A DNA stretch of 64,000 nt from Eledone cirrhosa (Eukaryota), in contig OZ024740.1 in the NCBI GenBank assembly GCA_964016885.1, positions 110,670,001 through 110,734,000 on the forward strand, given 5' to 3'. Below the pieces are notes generated by a model that saw only the letters and a program-made list of their open reading frames with translations, had not been told where the DNA came from and made no database searches. Within the stretch, counting starts at the first letter, position 1. Every line of letters begins with the position of its first letter. Below, piece after piece: positions 40,701-54,883 of the stretch. The position numbers were made by a program, and so were the translations under genes.

Positions 40701-43700
40701 AGTTTAGCTCAGATCAAGCATGTTGCTTCTGTATTTCAGAGTAAGTTTAACTCAGATCAAGCATGTTGCTCCTGTATTTCAGAGTCAGTTTAACTCAGAT
40801 CAAGCAGGTTGCTCCTGTATTTCAGAGTCAGTTTAGCTCAGACCAAGCAGGTTGCTCCTGTATTTCAGAGTCAGTTTAACTCAGATCAAGCAGGTTGCTC
40901 CTGTATTTCAGAGTCAGTTTAACTCAGATCAAGCAGGTTGCTCCTGTATTTCAGAGTCAGTTTAACTCAGATCAAGCAGGTTGCTCCTGTATTTCAGAGT
41001 CAGTTTAGCTCAGATCAAGCAGGTTGCTCCTGTATTTCAGAGTCAGTTTAACTCAGATCAAGCAGGTTGCTCCTGTATTTCAGAGTCAGTTTAACTCAGA
41101 TCAAGCAGGTTGCTCCTGTATTTCAGAGTCAGTTTAAATCAGATCAAGCATGTTGCTCCTGTATTTCAGAGTCAGTTTAGCTCAGATCAAGCAGGTTGCT
41201 GCTGTATTTCAGAGTCAGTTTAGCTCAGATCAAGCAGGTTGCTCCTGTATTTCAGAGTCAGTTTAGCTCAGATCAAGCAGGTTGCTCCTGTATTTCAGAG
41301 TCAGTTTAGCTCAGATCAAGCATGTTGCTCCTGTATTTTAGAGTCAGTTTAACTCAGATCAAGCAGGTTGCTCCTGTATTTCAGAGTCAGTTTAGCTCAG
41401 ATCAAGCATGTTGCTCCTGTATTTCAGAGTCAGTTTAGCTCAGATCAAGCAGATTGCTGCTGTATTTCAGAGTCAGTTTAGCTCAGATCAAGCAGGTTGC
41501 TCCTGTATTTCAGAGTCAGTTTCGCTCAGATCAAGCAGGTTGCTCCTGTATTTCAGAGTCAGTTTAGCTCAGATCAAGCAGGTTGCTGCTGTATTTCAGA
41601 GTCAGTTTAACTCAGATCAAGCAGGTTGCTCCTGTATTTCAGAGTCAGTTTAACTCAGATCAAGCAGGTTGCTCCTGTATTTCAGAGTCAGTTTAGCTCA
41701 GATCAAGCAGGTTGCTCCTGTATTTCAGAGTCAGTTTAACTCAGATCAAGCAGGTTGCTCCTGTATTTCAGAGTCAGTTTAACTCAGATCAAGCAGGTTG
41801 CTCCTGTATTTCAGAGTCAGTTTAACTCAGATCAAGCAGGTTGCTCCTGTATTTCAGAGTCAGTTTAACTCAGATCAAGCAGGTTGCTCCTGTATTTCAG
41901 AGTCAGTTTAGCTCAGAAGAAGCAGGTTGCTCCTGTATTTCAGAGTCAGTTTAACTCAGATCAAGCAGGTTGCTCCTGTATTTCAGAATCAGTTTAACTC
42001 AGATCAAGCAGGTTGCTCCTGTATTTCAGAGTCAGTTTAACTCAGATCAAGCAGGTTGCCCCTGTATTTCAGAGTCAGTTTAACTCAGATCAAGCAGGTT
42101 GCTCCTGTATTTCAGAGTCAGTTTAACTCAGATCAAGCAGGTTGCCCCTGTATTTCAGAGTCAGTTTAACTCAGATCAAGCAGGTTGCTCCTGTAATTCA
42201 GAGTCAGTTTAACTCAGATCAAGCAGGTTGCTCCTTTATTTCAGAGTCAGTTTAACTCAGATCAAGCAGGTAGCTCCTGTATTTCAGAGTCAGTTTAACT
42301 CAGATCAAGCATGTTGCCCCTGTATTTCAGAGTCAGTTTAACTCAGATCAAGCAGGTTGCTCCTGTATTTCAGAGTCAGTTTAACTCAGAACAAGCAGGT
42401 TGCTCCTGTATTTCAGAGTCAGTTTAGCTCAGATCAAGCATGTTGCTTCTGTATTTCAGAGTAAGTTTAACTCAGATCAAGCATGTTGCTCCTGTATTTC
42501 AGACTCAGTTTAACTCAGATCAAGCAGGTTGCTCCTGTATTTCAGAGTCAGTTTAGCTCAGACCAAGCAGGTTGCTCCTGTATTTCAGAGTCAGTTTAAC
42601 TCAGATCAAGCAGGTTGCTCCTGTATTTCAGAGTCAGTTTAACTCAGATCAAGCAGGTTGCTCCTGTATTTCAGAGTCAGTTTAACTCAGATCAAGCAGG
42701 TTGCTCCTGTATTTCAGAGTCAGTTTAGCTCAGATCAAGCAGGTTGCTCCTGTATTTCAGAGTCAGTTTAACTCAGATCAAGCAGGTTGCTCCTGTATTT
42801 CAGAGTCAGTTTAACTCAGATCAAGCAGGTTGCTCCTGTATTTCAGAGTCAGTTTAACTCAGATCAAGCAGGTTGCTCCTGTATTTCAGAGTCAGTTTAA
42901 CTCAGATCAAGCAGGTTGCTCCTGTATTTCAGAGTCAGTTTAGCTCAGATCAAGCAGGTTGCTCCTGTATTTCAGAGTCAGTTTAACTCAGATCAAGCAG
43001 GTTGCTCCTGTATTTCAGAGTCAGTTTACTCAGATCAAGCAGGTTGCTGCTGTATTTCAGAGTCAGTTTAGCTCAGATCAAGCAGGTTGCTCCTGTATTT
43101 CAGAGTCAGTTTAGCTCAGATCAAGCAGGTTGCTCCTGTATTTCAGAGTCAGTTTAGCTCAGATCAAGCATGTTGCTCCTGTATTTCAGAGTCAGTTTAA
43201 CTCAGATCAAGCAGGTTGCTGCTGTATTTCAGAGTCAGTTTAGCTCAGATCAAGCAGATTTCTGCTGTATTTCAGAGTCAGTTTAGCTCAGATCAAGCAG
43301 GTTGCTCCTGTATTTCAGAGTCAGTTTCGCTCAGATCAAGCAGGTTGCTCCTGTATTTCAGAGTCAGTTTAGCTCAGATCAAGCATGTTGCTGCTGTATT
43401 TCAGAGTCAGTTTAACTCAGATCAAGCATGTTGCTCCTGTATTTCAGAGTCAGTTTAACTCAGATCAAGCAGGTTGCTCCTGTATTTCAGAGTCAGTTTA
43501 GCTCAGATCAAGCAGGTTGCTCCTGTATTTCAGAGTCAGTTTAACTCAGATCAAGCATGTTGCTCCTGTATTTCAGAGTCAGTTTAGCTCAGAAGAAGCA
43601 GGTTGCTCCTGTATTTAAGAGTCAGTTTAACTCAGATCAAGCAGGTTGCTCCTTTATTTCAGAGTCAGTTTAACTCAGATCAAGCAGGTTGCTCCTGTAT

Positions 43701-46700
43701 TTCAGAGTCAGTTTAACTCAGATCAAGCATGTTGCCCCTGTATTTCAGAGTCAGTTTAACTCAGATCAAGCAGGTTGCTCCTGTATTTCAGAGTCAGTGT
43801 AACTCAGAACAAGCAGGTTGCTCCTGTATTTCAGAGTCAGATTAGCTCACATCAAGCATGTTGCTCCTGTATTTCAGAGTCAGTTTAGCTCAGATCAAGC
43901 ATGTTGCTTCTGTATTTCAGAGTAAGTTTAACTCAGATCAAGCATGTTGCTCCTGTATTTCAGAGTCAGTTTAACTCAGATCAAGCAGGTTGCTCCTGTA
44001 TTTCAGAGTCAGTTTAGCTCAGACCAAGCAGGTTGCTCCTGTATTTCAGAGTCAGTTTAACTCAGATCAAGCAGGTTGCTCCTGTATTTCAGAGTCAGTT
44101 TAACTCAGATCAAGCAGGTTGCTCCTGTATTTCAGAGTCAGTTTAACTCAGATCAAGCAGGTTGCTCCTGTATTTCAGAGTCAGTTTAAATCAGATCAAG
44201 CATGTTGCTCCTGTATTTCAGAGTCAGTTTAGCTCAGATCAAGCAGGTTGCTGCTGTATTTCAGAGTCAGTTTAGCTCAGATCAAGCAGGTTGCTCCTGT
44301 ATTTCAGAGTCAGTTTAGCTCAGATCAAGCAGGTTGCTCCTGTATTTCAGAGTCAGTTTAGCTCAGATCAAGCATGTTGCTCCTGTATTTTAGAGTCAGT
44401 TTAACTCAGATCAAGCAGGTTGCTCCTGTATTTCAGAGTCAGTTTAGCTCAGATCAAGCATGTTGCTCCTGTATTTCAGAGTCAGTTTAGCTCAGATCAA
44501 GCAGATTGCTGCTGTATTTCAGAGTCAGTTTAGCTCAGATCAAGCAGGTTGCTCCTGTATTTCAGAGTCAGTTTCGCTCAGATCAAGCAGGTTGCTCCTG
44601 TATTTCAGAGTCAGTTTAGCTCAGATCAAGCAGGTTGCTGCTGTATTTCAGAGTCAGTTTAACTCAGATCAAGCAGGTTGCTCCTGTATTTCAGAGTCAG
44701 TTTAACTCAGATCAAGCAGGTTGCTCCTGTATTTCAGAATCAGTTTAGCTCAGATCAAGCAGGTTGCTCCTGTATTTCAGAGTCAGTTTAACTCAGATCA
44801 AGCAGGTTGCTCCTGTATTTCAGAGTCAGTTTAACTCAGATCAAGCAGGTTGCTCCTGTATTTCAGAGTCAGTTTAACTCAGATCAAGCAGGTTGCTCCT
44901 GTATTTCAGAGTCAGTTTAACTCAGATCAAGCAGGTTGCTCCTGTATTTCAGAGTCAGTTTAGCTCAGAAGAAGCAGGTTGCTCCTGTATTTCAGAGTCA
45001 GTTTAACTCAGATCAAGCAGGTTGCTCCTGTATTTCAGAATCAGTTTAACTCAGATCAAGCAGGTTGCTCCTGTATTTCAGAGTCAGTTTAACTCAGATC
45101 AAGCAGGTTGCCCCTGTATTTCAGAGTCAGTTTAACTCAGATCAAGCAGGTTGCTCCTGTATTTCAGAGTCAGTTTAACTCAGATCAAGCAGGTTGCCCC
45201 TGTATTTCAGAGTCAGTTTAACTCAGATCAAGCAGGTTGCTCCTGTAATTCAGAGTCAGTTTAACTCAGATCAAGCAGGTTGCTCCTTTATTTCAGAGTC
45301 AGTTTAACTCAGATCAAGCAGGTAGCTCCTGTATTTCAGAGTCAGTTTAACTCAGATCAAGCATGTTGCCCCTGTATTTCAGAGTCAGTTTAACTCAGAT
45401 CAAGCAGGTTGCTCCTGTATTTCAGAGTCAGTTTAACTCAGAACAAGCAGGTTGCTCCTGTATTTCAGAGTCAGTTTAGCTCAGATCAAGCATGTTGCTT
45501 CTGTATTTCAGAGTAAGTTTAACTCAGATCAAGCATGTTGCTCCTGTATTTCAGACTCAGTTTAACTCAGATCAAGCAGGTTGCTCCTGTATTTCAGAGT
45601 CAGTTTAGCTCAGACCAAGCAGGTTGCTCCTGTATTTCAGAGTCAGTTTAACTCAGATCAAGCAGGTTGCTCCTGTATTTCAGAGTCAGTTTAACTCAGA
45701 TCAAGCAGGTTGCTCCTGTATTTCAGAGTCAGTTTAACTCAGATCAAGCAGGTTGCTCCTGTATTTCAGAGTCAGTTTAGCTCAGATCAAGCAGGTTGCT
45801 CCTGTATTTCAGAGTCAGTTTAACTCAGATCAAGCAGGTTGCTCCTGTATTTCAGAGTCAGTTTAACTCAGATCAAGCAGGTTGCTCCTGTATTTCAGAG
45901 TCAGTTTAACTCAGATCAAGCAGGTTGCCCCTGTATTTCAGAGTCAGTTTAACTCAGATCAAGCAGGTTGCTCCTGTATTTCAGAATCAGTTTAACTCAG
46001 ATCGAGCAGGTTCCTCCTGTATTTCAGAATCAGTTTAACTCAGATCAAGCAGGTTGCTCCTGTATTTCAGAATCAGTTTAGCTCAGATCAAGCATGTTGC
46101 TTCTGTATTTCAGAGTAAGTTTAGCTCAGATCAAGCAGATTGCTCCTGTATTTTAGAGTCAGTTTAGCTCAGATAAAGCAGGTTGCTCCTGTATTTCAGA
46201 GTCAGTTTAACTCATATCAAGCAGGTTGCTCCTGTATTTCAGAGTCAGTTTAGCTCAGATCAAGCAGGTTGCTCCTGTATTTCAGAGTCAGTTTAGCTCA
46301 GATCAAGCATGTTGCTTCTGTATTTCAGAGTAAGTTTAACTCAGATCAAGCATGTTGCTCCTGTATTTCAGACTCAGTTTAACTCAGATCAAGCAGGTTG
46401 CTCCTGTATTTCAGAGTCAGTTTAGCTCAGACCAAGCAGGTTGCTCCTGTATTTCAGAGTCAGTTTAACTCAGATCAAGCAGGTTGCTCCTGTATTTCAG
46501 AGTCAGTTTAACTCAGATCAAGCAGGTTGCTCCTGTATTTCAGAGTCAGTTTAACTCAGATCAAGCAGGTTGCTCCTGTATTTCAGAGTCAGTTTAGCTC
46601 AGATCAAGCAGGTTGCTCCTGTATTTCAGAGTCAGTTTAACTCAGATCAAGCAGGTTGCTCCTGTATTTCAGAGTCAGTTTAACTCAGATCAAGCAGGTT

Positions 46701-49700
46701 GCTCCTGTATTTCAGAGTCAGTTTAACTCAGATCAAGCAGGTTGCCCCTGTATTTCAGAGTCAGTTTAACTCAGATCAAGCAGGTTGCTCCTGTATTTCA
46801 GAATCAGTTTAACTCAGATCGAGCAGGTTCCTCCTGTATTTCAGAATCAGTTTAACTCAGATCAAGCAGGTTGCTCCTGTATTTCAGAATCAGTTTAGCT
46901 CAGATCAAGCATGTTGCTTCTGTATTTCAGAGTAAGTTTAGCTCAGATCAAGCAGATTGCTCCTGTATTTTAGAGTCAGTTTAGCTCAGATAAAGCAGGT
47001 TGCTCCTGTATTTCAGAGTCAGTTTAACTCATATCAAGCAGGTTGCTCCTGTATTTCAGAGTCAGTTTAGCTCAGATCAAGCAGGTTGCTCCTGTATTTC
47101 AGAGTCAGTTTAACTCAGATCAAGCAGGTTGGTCCTGTATTTCAGAGTCAGTTTAGCTCAGATCAAGCAGGTTGCTGCTGTATTTCAGAGTCAGTTTAAC
47201 TCAGATCAAGCAGGTTGCACCTGTATTTCAGAGTCAGTTTAACTCAGATCAAGCAGGTTGCTCCTGTATTTCAGAGTCAGTTTAGCTCAGATCAAGCAGG
47301 TTGCTCCTGTATTTCAGAGTCAGTTTAACTCAGATCAAGCAGGTTGCTCCTGTATTTCAGAGTCAGTTTAACTCAGATCAAGCAGGTTGCTCCTGTATTT
47401 CAGAGTCAGTTTAACTCAGATCAAGCAGGTTGCTCCTGTATTTCAGAGTCAGTTTAACTCAGATCAAGCAGGTTGCTCCTGTATTTCAGAGTCAGTTTAG
47501 CTCAGAAGAAGCAGGTTGCTCCTGTATTTCAGAGTCAGTTTAACTCAGATCAAGCAGGTTGCTCCTGTATTTCAGAATCAGTTTAACTCAGATCAAGCAG
47601 GTTGCTCCTGTATTTCAGAGTCAGTTTAACTCAGATCAAGCAGGTTGCGCCTGTATTTCAGAGTCAGTTTAACTCAGATCAAGCAGGTTGCTCCTGTATT
47701 TCAGAGTCAGTTTAACTCAGATCAAGCAGGTTGCCCCTGTATTTCAGAGTCAGTTTAACTCAGATCAAGCAGGTTGCTCCTGTATTTCAGAGTCAGTTTA
47801 ACTCAGATCAAGCAGGTTGCTCCTTTATTTCAGAGTCAGTTTAACTCAGATCAAGCAGGTTGCTCCTGTATTTCAGAGTCAGTTTAACTCAGATCAAGCA
47901 TGTTGCCCCTGTATTTCAGAGTCAGTTTAACTCAGATCAAGCAGGTTGCTCCTGTATTTCAGAGTCAGTTTAACTCAGAACAAGCAGGTTGCTCCTGTAT
48001 TTCAGAGTCAGTTTAGCTCAGATCAAGCATGTTGCTTCTGTATTTCAGAGTAAGTTTAACTCAGATCAAGCAGGTTGCTCCTGTATTTCAGAGTCAGTTT
48101 AACTCAGATCAAGCAGGTTGCCCCTGTATTTCAGAGTCAGTTTAACTCAGATCAAGCAGGTTGCTCCTGTATTTCAGAATCAGTTTAACTCAGATCAAGC
48201 AGGTTGCTCCTGTATTTCAGAATCAGTTTAACTCAGATCAAGCAGGTTGCTCCTGTATTTCAGAATCAGTTTAGCTCAGATCAAGCATGTTGCTTCTGTA
48301 TTTCAGAGTAAGTTTAGCTCAGATCAAGCAGATTGCTCCTGTATTTTAGAGTCAGTTTAGCTCAGATAAAGCAGGTTGCTCCTGTATTTCAGAGTCAGTT
48401 TAACTCATATCAAGCAGGTTGCTCCTGTATTTCAGAGTCAGTTTAGCTCAGATCAAGCAGGTTGCTCCTGTATTTCAGAGTCAGTTTAACTCAGATCAAG
48501 CAGGTTGGTCCTGTATTTCAGAGTCAGTTTAGCTCAGACCAAGCAGGTTGCTCCTGTATTTCAGAGTCAGTTTAACTCAGATCAAGCAGGTTGCTCCTGT
48601 ATTTCAGAGTCAGTTTAACTCAGATCAAGCAGGTTGCTCCTGTATTTCAGAGTCAGTTTAACTCAGATCAAGCAGGTTGCTCCTGTATTTCAGAGTCAGT
48701 TTAGCTCAGATCAAGCAGGTTGCTCCTGTATTTCAGAGTCAGTTTAACTCAGATCAAGCAGGTTTCTCCTGTATTTCAGAGTCAGTTTAACTCAGATCAA
48801 GCAGGTTGCTCCTGTATTTCAGAGTCAGTTTAACTCAGATCAAGCAGGTTGCCCCTGTATTTCAGAGTCAGTTTAACTCAGATCAAGCATGTTGCTCCTG
48901 TATTTCAGAATCAGTTTAACTCAGATCAAGCAGGTTGCTCCTGTATTTCAGAATCAGTTTAGCTCAGATCAAGCAGGTTGCTCCTGTATTTCAGAGTCAG
49001 TTTAACTCAGATCAAGCAGGTTGCTGCTGTATTTCAGAGTCAGTTTAGCTCAGATCAAGCATGTTGCTCCTGTATTTCAGAGTCAGTTTAGCTCAGATCA
49101 AGCAGGTTGCTCCTGTATTTCAGAGTCAGTTTAGCTCAGATAAAGCAGGTTGCTCCTGTATTTCAGAGTCAGTTTAGCTCAGATCAAGCAGGTTGCTCCT
49201 GTATTTCAGAGTCAGTTTAGCTCAGATCAAGCAGGTTGCTCCTGTATTTCAGAGTCAGTTTAACTCAGATCAAGCATGTTGCTCCTGTATTTCAGAGTCA
49301 GTTTAGCTCAGATCAAGCAGGTTGCTCCTGTATTTCAGAGTTAGTTTAGCTCAGATCAAGCAGATTGCTCCTGTATTTTAGAGTCAGTTTAGCTCAGATA
49401 AAGCAGGTTGCTCCTGTATTTCAGAGTCAGTTTAATTCATATCAAGCAGGTTGCTCCTGTATTTCAGAGTCAGTTTAGCTCAGATCAAGCAGGTTGCTCC
49501 TGTATTTCAGAGTCAGTTTAACTCAGATAAATCAGGTTGCTCCTGTATTTCAGAGTCAGTTTAGCTCAGATCAAGCAGGTTGCTCCTGTATTTCCGAGTC
49601 AGTTTAGCTCAGATAAAGCAGGTTGCTCCTGTATTTCAGAGTCAGTTTAGCTCAGATCAAGCAGGTTGCTGCTGTATTTCAGAGTCAGTTTAACTCAGAT

Positions 49701-49837
49701 CAAGCAGGTTGCTCCTGTATTTCAGAGTCAGTTTAGCTCAGATAAAGCAGGTTGCTCCTGTATTTCAGAGTCAGTTTAACTCAGATCAAGCAGGTTGCTG
49801 CTGTATTTCAGAGTCAGTTTAGCTCAGATGAAGCAGG
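37799..49837. repeat. 43-bp satellite array, about 280 units, with higher-order repeats
   Basis: Unit gttgctcctgtatttcagagtcagttta(a/g)ctcagatcaagcag, contiguous over about 12,040 bp with no spacers. Confidence 0.98.
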
Positions 49838-50033
49838 CCGATGTCTAAGGCATTCCAGCCATGACCTACCTGTCGTTATTTTAACAGTCACTTCCTTCCA
49901 TTTTATAAGACAGTACGGTCTGATATGAAATATATTTAACTGTATACTGAGTGACGATTGCGGCTCCTTCCCTGGCAGATAAAACGATATTTCTGACCTT
50001 GGTAAATGAAGTGTGCAACATGCTTTCCATATA

Positions 50034-50136
<103 letters not shown>

Positions 50137-50210
50137 GCTCTCTCTCTCTCCCTCTCTATCTATCTCACCCCTCTCTCTCCCTTTCACTCTTTATGTATAT
50201 ATATATATAT

Positions 50211-50406
50211 ATAGGAAAATGTTCAAGACCCCGACGGCAGAGCTCAAGCCGTTTCGACGGCTATTTCTGGACCGAAATAGCCGTCGAAACGGCTTGAGCT
50301 CTGCCGTCGGGGTCTTGAATATTTTCCTATTACCCACTCTACTACCCTAAGTATTGAGTACTTTGGTGCGTTATGGTCTATCTGATTCCTTACCACACTT
50401 CCTTCG

Positions 50407-50408
<2 letters not shown>
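50211..50408 (+). mobile_element. Palindromic half-HHR element, copy 2
   Basis: 57-bp arms 50211-50267 and 50274-50330 (one mismatch) with loop tggacc, plus a unique tail to 50408; flanked by (TA)n. Confidence 0.82.
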
Positions 50409-50456
<48 letters not shown>

Positions 50457-50457
50457 T

Positions 50458-50530
<73 letters not shown>

Positions 50531-52739
50531 AAAAGGTATATATACATATATATATGTTCAAATCTCGCCGAGGTTAACTTTGCCTGGCCTTGTGCCAAAA
50601 GTAGCAACAATTGGCAACGAGAAACTCAAAGTACTCGAAGAATTTTAGTTTCAACTTGATATCTATTAATCTGTCTATCTATCTTTCTATCTACCGTCAT
50701 CATCATTACTAGTGGTACTAGATTTAGTAGTAGTAGTCATAGTAGTAGTTAAATGTCAGCTTCGTTCTATAATGTAATCCTGGGCAAGGTGTTTTGTGGA
50801 GGACCAGTTGTCAAAATACTTCTCTCTGCAACGTCGATGCTGTCTAAGAGAAGGGCAAATGTCGATATAGCTGCTTGGCATCAGTTTTGACATAACTCAT
50901 TTTAGCTGGTTAAACTGAAGTAGTGGGTAATAAGGTGTCTTCCTCCAGAACACAACACTACACCTGGTCTGGCAGTCGATCTCACGACCTTACGATCGTG
51001 GGTCTAACACCCTAACCATTGAGTCAGGTGTCTTGACAGTAATAATAATAGTCGTATTAGTAATATCGCTTTTATTTGCTGAAAAACTAATAGGGTCAAA
51101 CTAACATTATATATTTTAATCTGAGTGGTTCCATGAATTTTAGAATTTATTCAAGCATGAGCATTCATAATAATAATAATAACAATTTTTTTGCTGACAA
51201 TTAATATTGTAAGTCGCTCCCGCCCAGGGTCATCCACAGACTTCCTCTCAATCCGAACAACCGACCAACCGACCAACCGACCAACCGACCAACCGCAAAA
51301 TATGATTCATTATTCATAATGTAAACTTTCGCACTAACCCCCGCCCCGTCCTTCATCGACGCTCTCATCCTGGGATAAGAGGAGAGTTTTTGTTTCACGA
51401 CACCCTTCAATTAATCGTATTAATTTTGTGTGTGTAGCCATAGTAACAATAGAAATAATGCAGGCACACACACGAACACACACACTCATACACATATACA
51501 AACTCATACACACATACACAATCATACCCACATACACAATCATACACATATACACACTTACACACACATAAACAGTTACACACACAGATAGACAACCATA
51601 CATACATTCACATACAAGCGCAGACCTATAGATACACTCGCGCAAACACACAAACCCACGCAGACATACAGTCATAAATACACAGACACAAACACAAGCA
51701 CACGCATACAAACACAAGCTTACACACATAGTCGTAAAAGCACCCACAATCATAAACACACACAGGGTCAAGCAGAAACGCATAATCGTATACACACACA
51801 TACAGACTTTAAATGAGGTGAACAGGCACTGCATCACACACACATCCCTACGCCCATATCGTCGTCTCTCCACTCAACATTGTATGCATAATATTGGTCA
51901 ATGTTAAGACGAGGTTAAATCATCACCATCTAAGCATTTGTAGAACACTGATAGCGATTATTTGTTTGGTGCTAAATAGTACCCCTCCCCCACTAAAAAG
52001 ATACAATACAAAAAACAAAACCAAAAACTAAAACAAAAAAAAAAGATTGTATTCTCAGAAGATCGAGGATTTTAGCAAAGAATGCATGGATGAATGGATG
52101 GATGGATGGATGGATGGATGGACAGCATCGGGGAAAAACAAATAACAGCGTGTACGTATATGTGTTATGTTATTTTTTTTTCATTTATTTTTATCGATGA
52201 TGTTGTCCTTGAGAGTAAAGAACGGTCTAGGGAATTTCCTCCAATATCTATAATTCGATGCCTCCCACTTTCTAGTTCTAATCATGCTAGGTTTGGCATA
52301 ACACATTTTTAATTTTAGTTTATCCACTCAGAAGGAAGTGTAGTGGTAGTAAGAGTAGATTTGTGAGAGGAAGTATCATAATGGATGTAGTTACATCCCC
52401 TGTATGTTCAGATTTGAAATCCCACCGGTGTCGGCTATGAGTTTCATCCCTCGGGACCGATAACATAAGAGCTAGGCATGTTGTTGGTGCTGTTTTTAGT
52501 AGGGATGGGGTGTTTACATGACTAAGTCACAGGAAGAAAAGAAGTTCACACGCCACCTTATTCTAAGCTGCTCTGAGACTGGTGGAAGTAAAAAATAAAC
52601 CTTAGTCCGAACACCTGGTGAAACGTCACACACAACAAAGCATAAAATAACAGCCAGATTGGACAACTAATAGAGAATTACGCTTCTTTTTAAGGCTGAA
52701 TTATAGATAAGTGATATGGTAAATATCCAGTGTAGAAAG

Positions 52740-53790
52740 ATGCCAAATTGTAAAGCTCCCGACAAGAATATGTGCAAGGGTTCTGCTTGAAAAACCCGAG
52801 GGCCCTTCGTGGGAAAATTGCTAAGCAACTGAATAAGATCTTGAATGGAGAAGAGAGGTGGCCAGAATGGCTAACCTTTGGGAGAACGATCTTGTGTTTG
52901 AATGACCCCAGCAAGGGCATTACAGTTGACCACTTTAGACCTATATTTTGCGTCCTCCTTATGAGGAAGCTTATGACCTGTGTCATTGCCGAGGCATTGT
53001 ATGAATGAATACCTGGAGGAGACACTATCTGAATAGCAGAAAGGAAGTAGAAGAAGAAAGTGGACAAAGTATCAATTGTTGAGTGAAGGCCCTTAAACAC
53101 TGTAAAAGCAGGCACACAAACCTTGCGATGACCTAGATTGATTACCGCAAGGCTTATGACATGGTGCCACAGTTGGATAGTAGAATGTTTGGAAACGTTT
53201 GCTATTGCAGCTAAAGTTAGACAGTTTCTAGTGAGCAGTACTTATGGTAGGAAGACTGAGCTGAAATCATGTAGACAGACATTGGGAGTTGTGAACATCA
53301 AGAGAATGCTTTTTCAGGGAGATAGTCTTTCACCTATATTGTTTATATTGTGTATGTTTCCACTTTCATTAGTATTGAAAAGGGAAATGGCTAGTTACGA
53401 ATGGGGAGGGTATGAGTTTAAGATAAACCACCTTCTGTTCATGGATGACCTTAAACTCTATGAAAAGTCCTAGTTACATATTGATTTCCTTGTGCAGACA
53501 GTTCATACATTCAATACAGACATATGAACGGAATTTGGCTTAAAATGGGTGGGGTGCTACTACAGACGCAAGGTAGAATTGATAAAATGGAAGGAATTGT
53601 ATTACCATAGAGACACGTGATACAGGAAATTGACAACAACGGGTATAAGAACTTAGGCATCCTGGAAACTGTCCAAATAAAAGAGAAGGAAATGAAAGAG
53701 TGGTTATCAAAGGAATGTAAACAGAAAGTGAAATTAGTGTTAAAGACAAAGTTAAGTGGTAAGAATTCTTTAGTTTAGGTAGGGAAAGTA
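52740..53790 (+). pseudogene. R4/Dong-clade RT core fragment
   Basis: [50 protein letters not shown]; stops and frameshifts. Confidence 0.9.
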
Positions 53791-54883
53791 GTTTTACTAT
53801 GTCTGGTCGCCATACTGAACGAAATTCTGTTCTGGACGTAACATAAAAGACTGGCAACAGACGCATTCATTTTCAGCCAAGTTCTCATCAACCAGGTGCT
53901 GCTATCCACTAAATTTACTTGATCTAAACAGGCAGTTACACTTTTAATTTAGATATCTCGATCGACATAATTTGTTTTTTCAATATAAAATTACATATCT
54001 GTTAACTAATTATCCACATAAGCAGCATATACCATGATAACAAGTAGAGCTTTAATTAGTGTTTATTGAAATATAAAACTAATAAGGACATTCTGAATAA
54101 AGACGATACTATTTTCCTTCCAGCAAATCTAAAAATATTTCAAAAGGTACTTGAATGTTATAGAAACATCATCGTTTTTACAAACAACATTTAAAAAAAT
54201 ATATTTTCTACAGGAGATGTAAACAACTATGGAATAATATTAAGATAAATTAGAACGATAATCTTTTTTTTTAATATTCAAAATTGTATTTTATGGCAGA
54301 AAATAAGATTTTTGTTCCGTTTTAAAGAAATCTATTGGTTTTAACGTCGGGATTTGTATTTTAGGGAATTCATTATTCAAAACATTGCTCTAGACATTTC
54401 TTTCTAAACAAGTTTCAGAAATAGACGTTATAAAAAATGGCGTTCATTTAACAACGCCAAAAGCTAAATTGAATTTAATTGACGCTGAAAAAAAAAAAAA
54501 ATAGTAGTGAAAAGAGGAATAGCGCGAGGGAAGGATATCCAACAGCAGCATTAACAAACATCACTATCAACAGCAACAACATAATCAGCAGTATTAATCA
54601 TCATCATTCACCGCTATTAATAAAACTAACACAAATAAAAAAAAAAAGAACTAGAAGAACAAGGAAAACATGTTTCCTTATAGATGCAGGAATTCATAGT
54701 ATGTATGATAAAAGAGATGGAATAGGAAGTTGTGAAGTTAATGTATTTTTTAGAAGAGTTCCAGGAACACCAGAGAGACAGTTCCAATTGTAACATATGG
54801 TCATTCAATGGAGCCTTGTCAGGATAAAAAAACAACGAGCATTAATAAGGATGGTACTACTACTACTACTACTACAACTTATA

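Noticed and set aside
37799-49837. 43-bp array as a CRISPR array or a coding repeat
   Set aside because: Units are contiguous with no unique spacers, there are no cas genes and the context is eukaryotic. The 80-81 aa ORFs arise only where variants remove stops.
37799-49837. Minus-strand satellite unit as a hammerhead (ttgatct-GAGTT..GACTC-t-GAAA-ta-CAGG..CCTG)
   Set aside because: Two hairpins and GAAA are present, but there is no CUGANGA, no stem I and no valid UH site.
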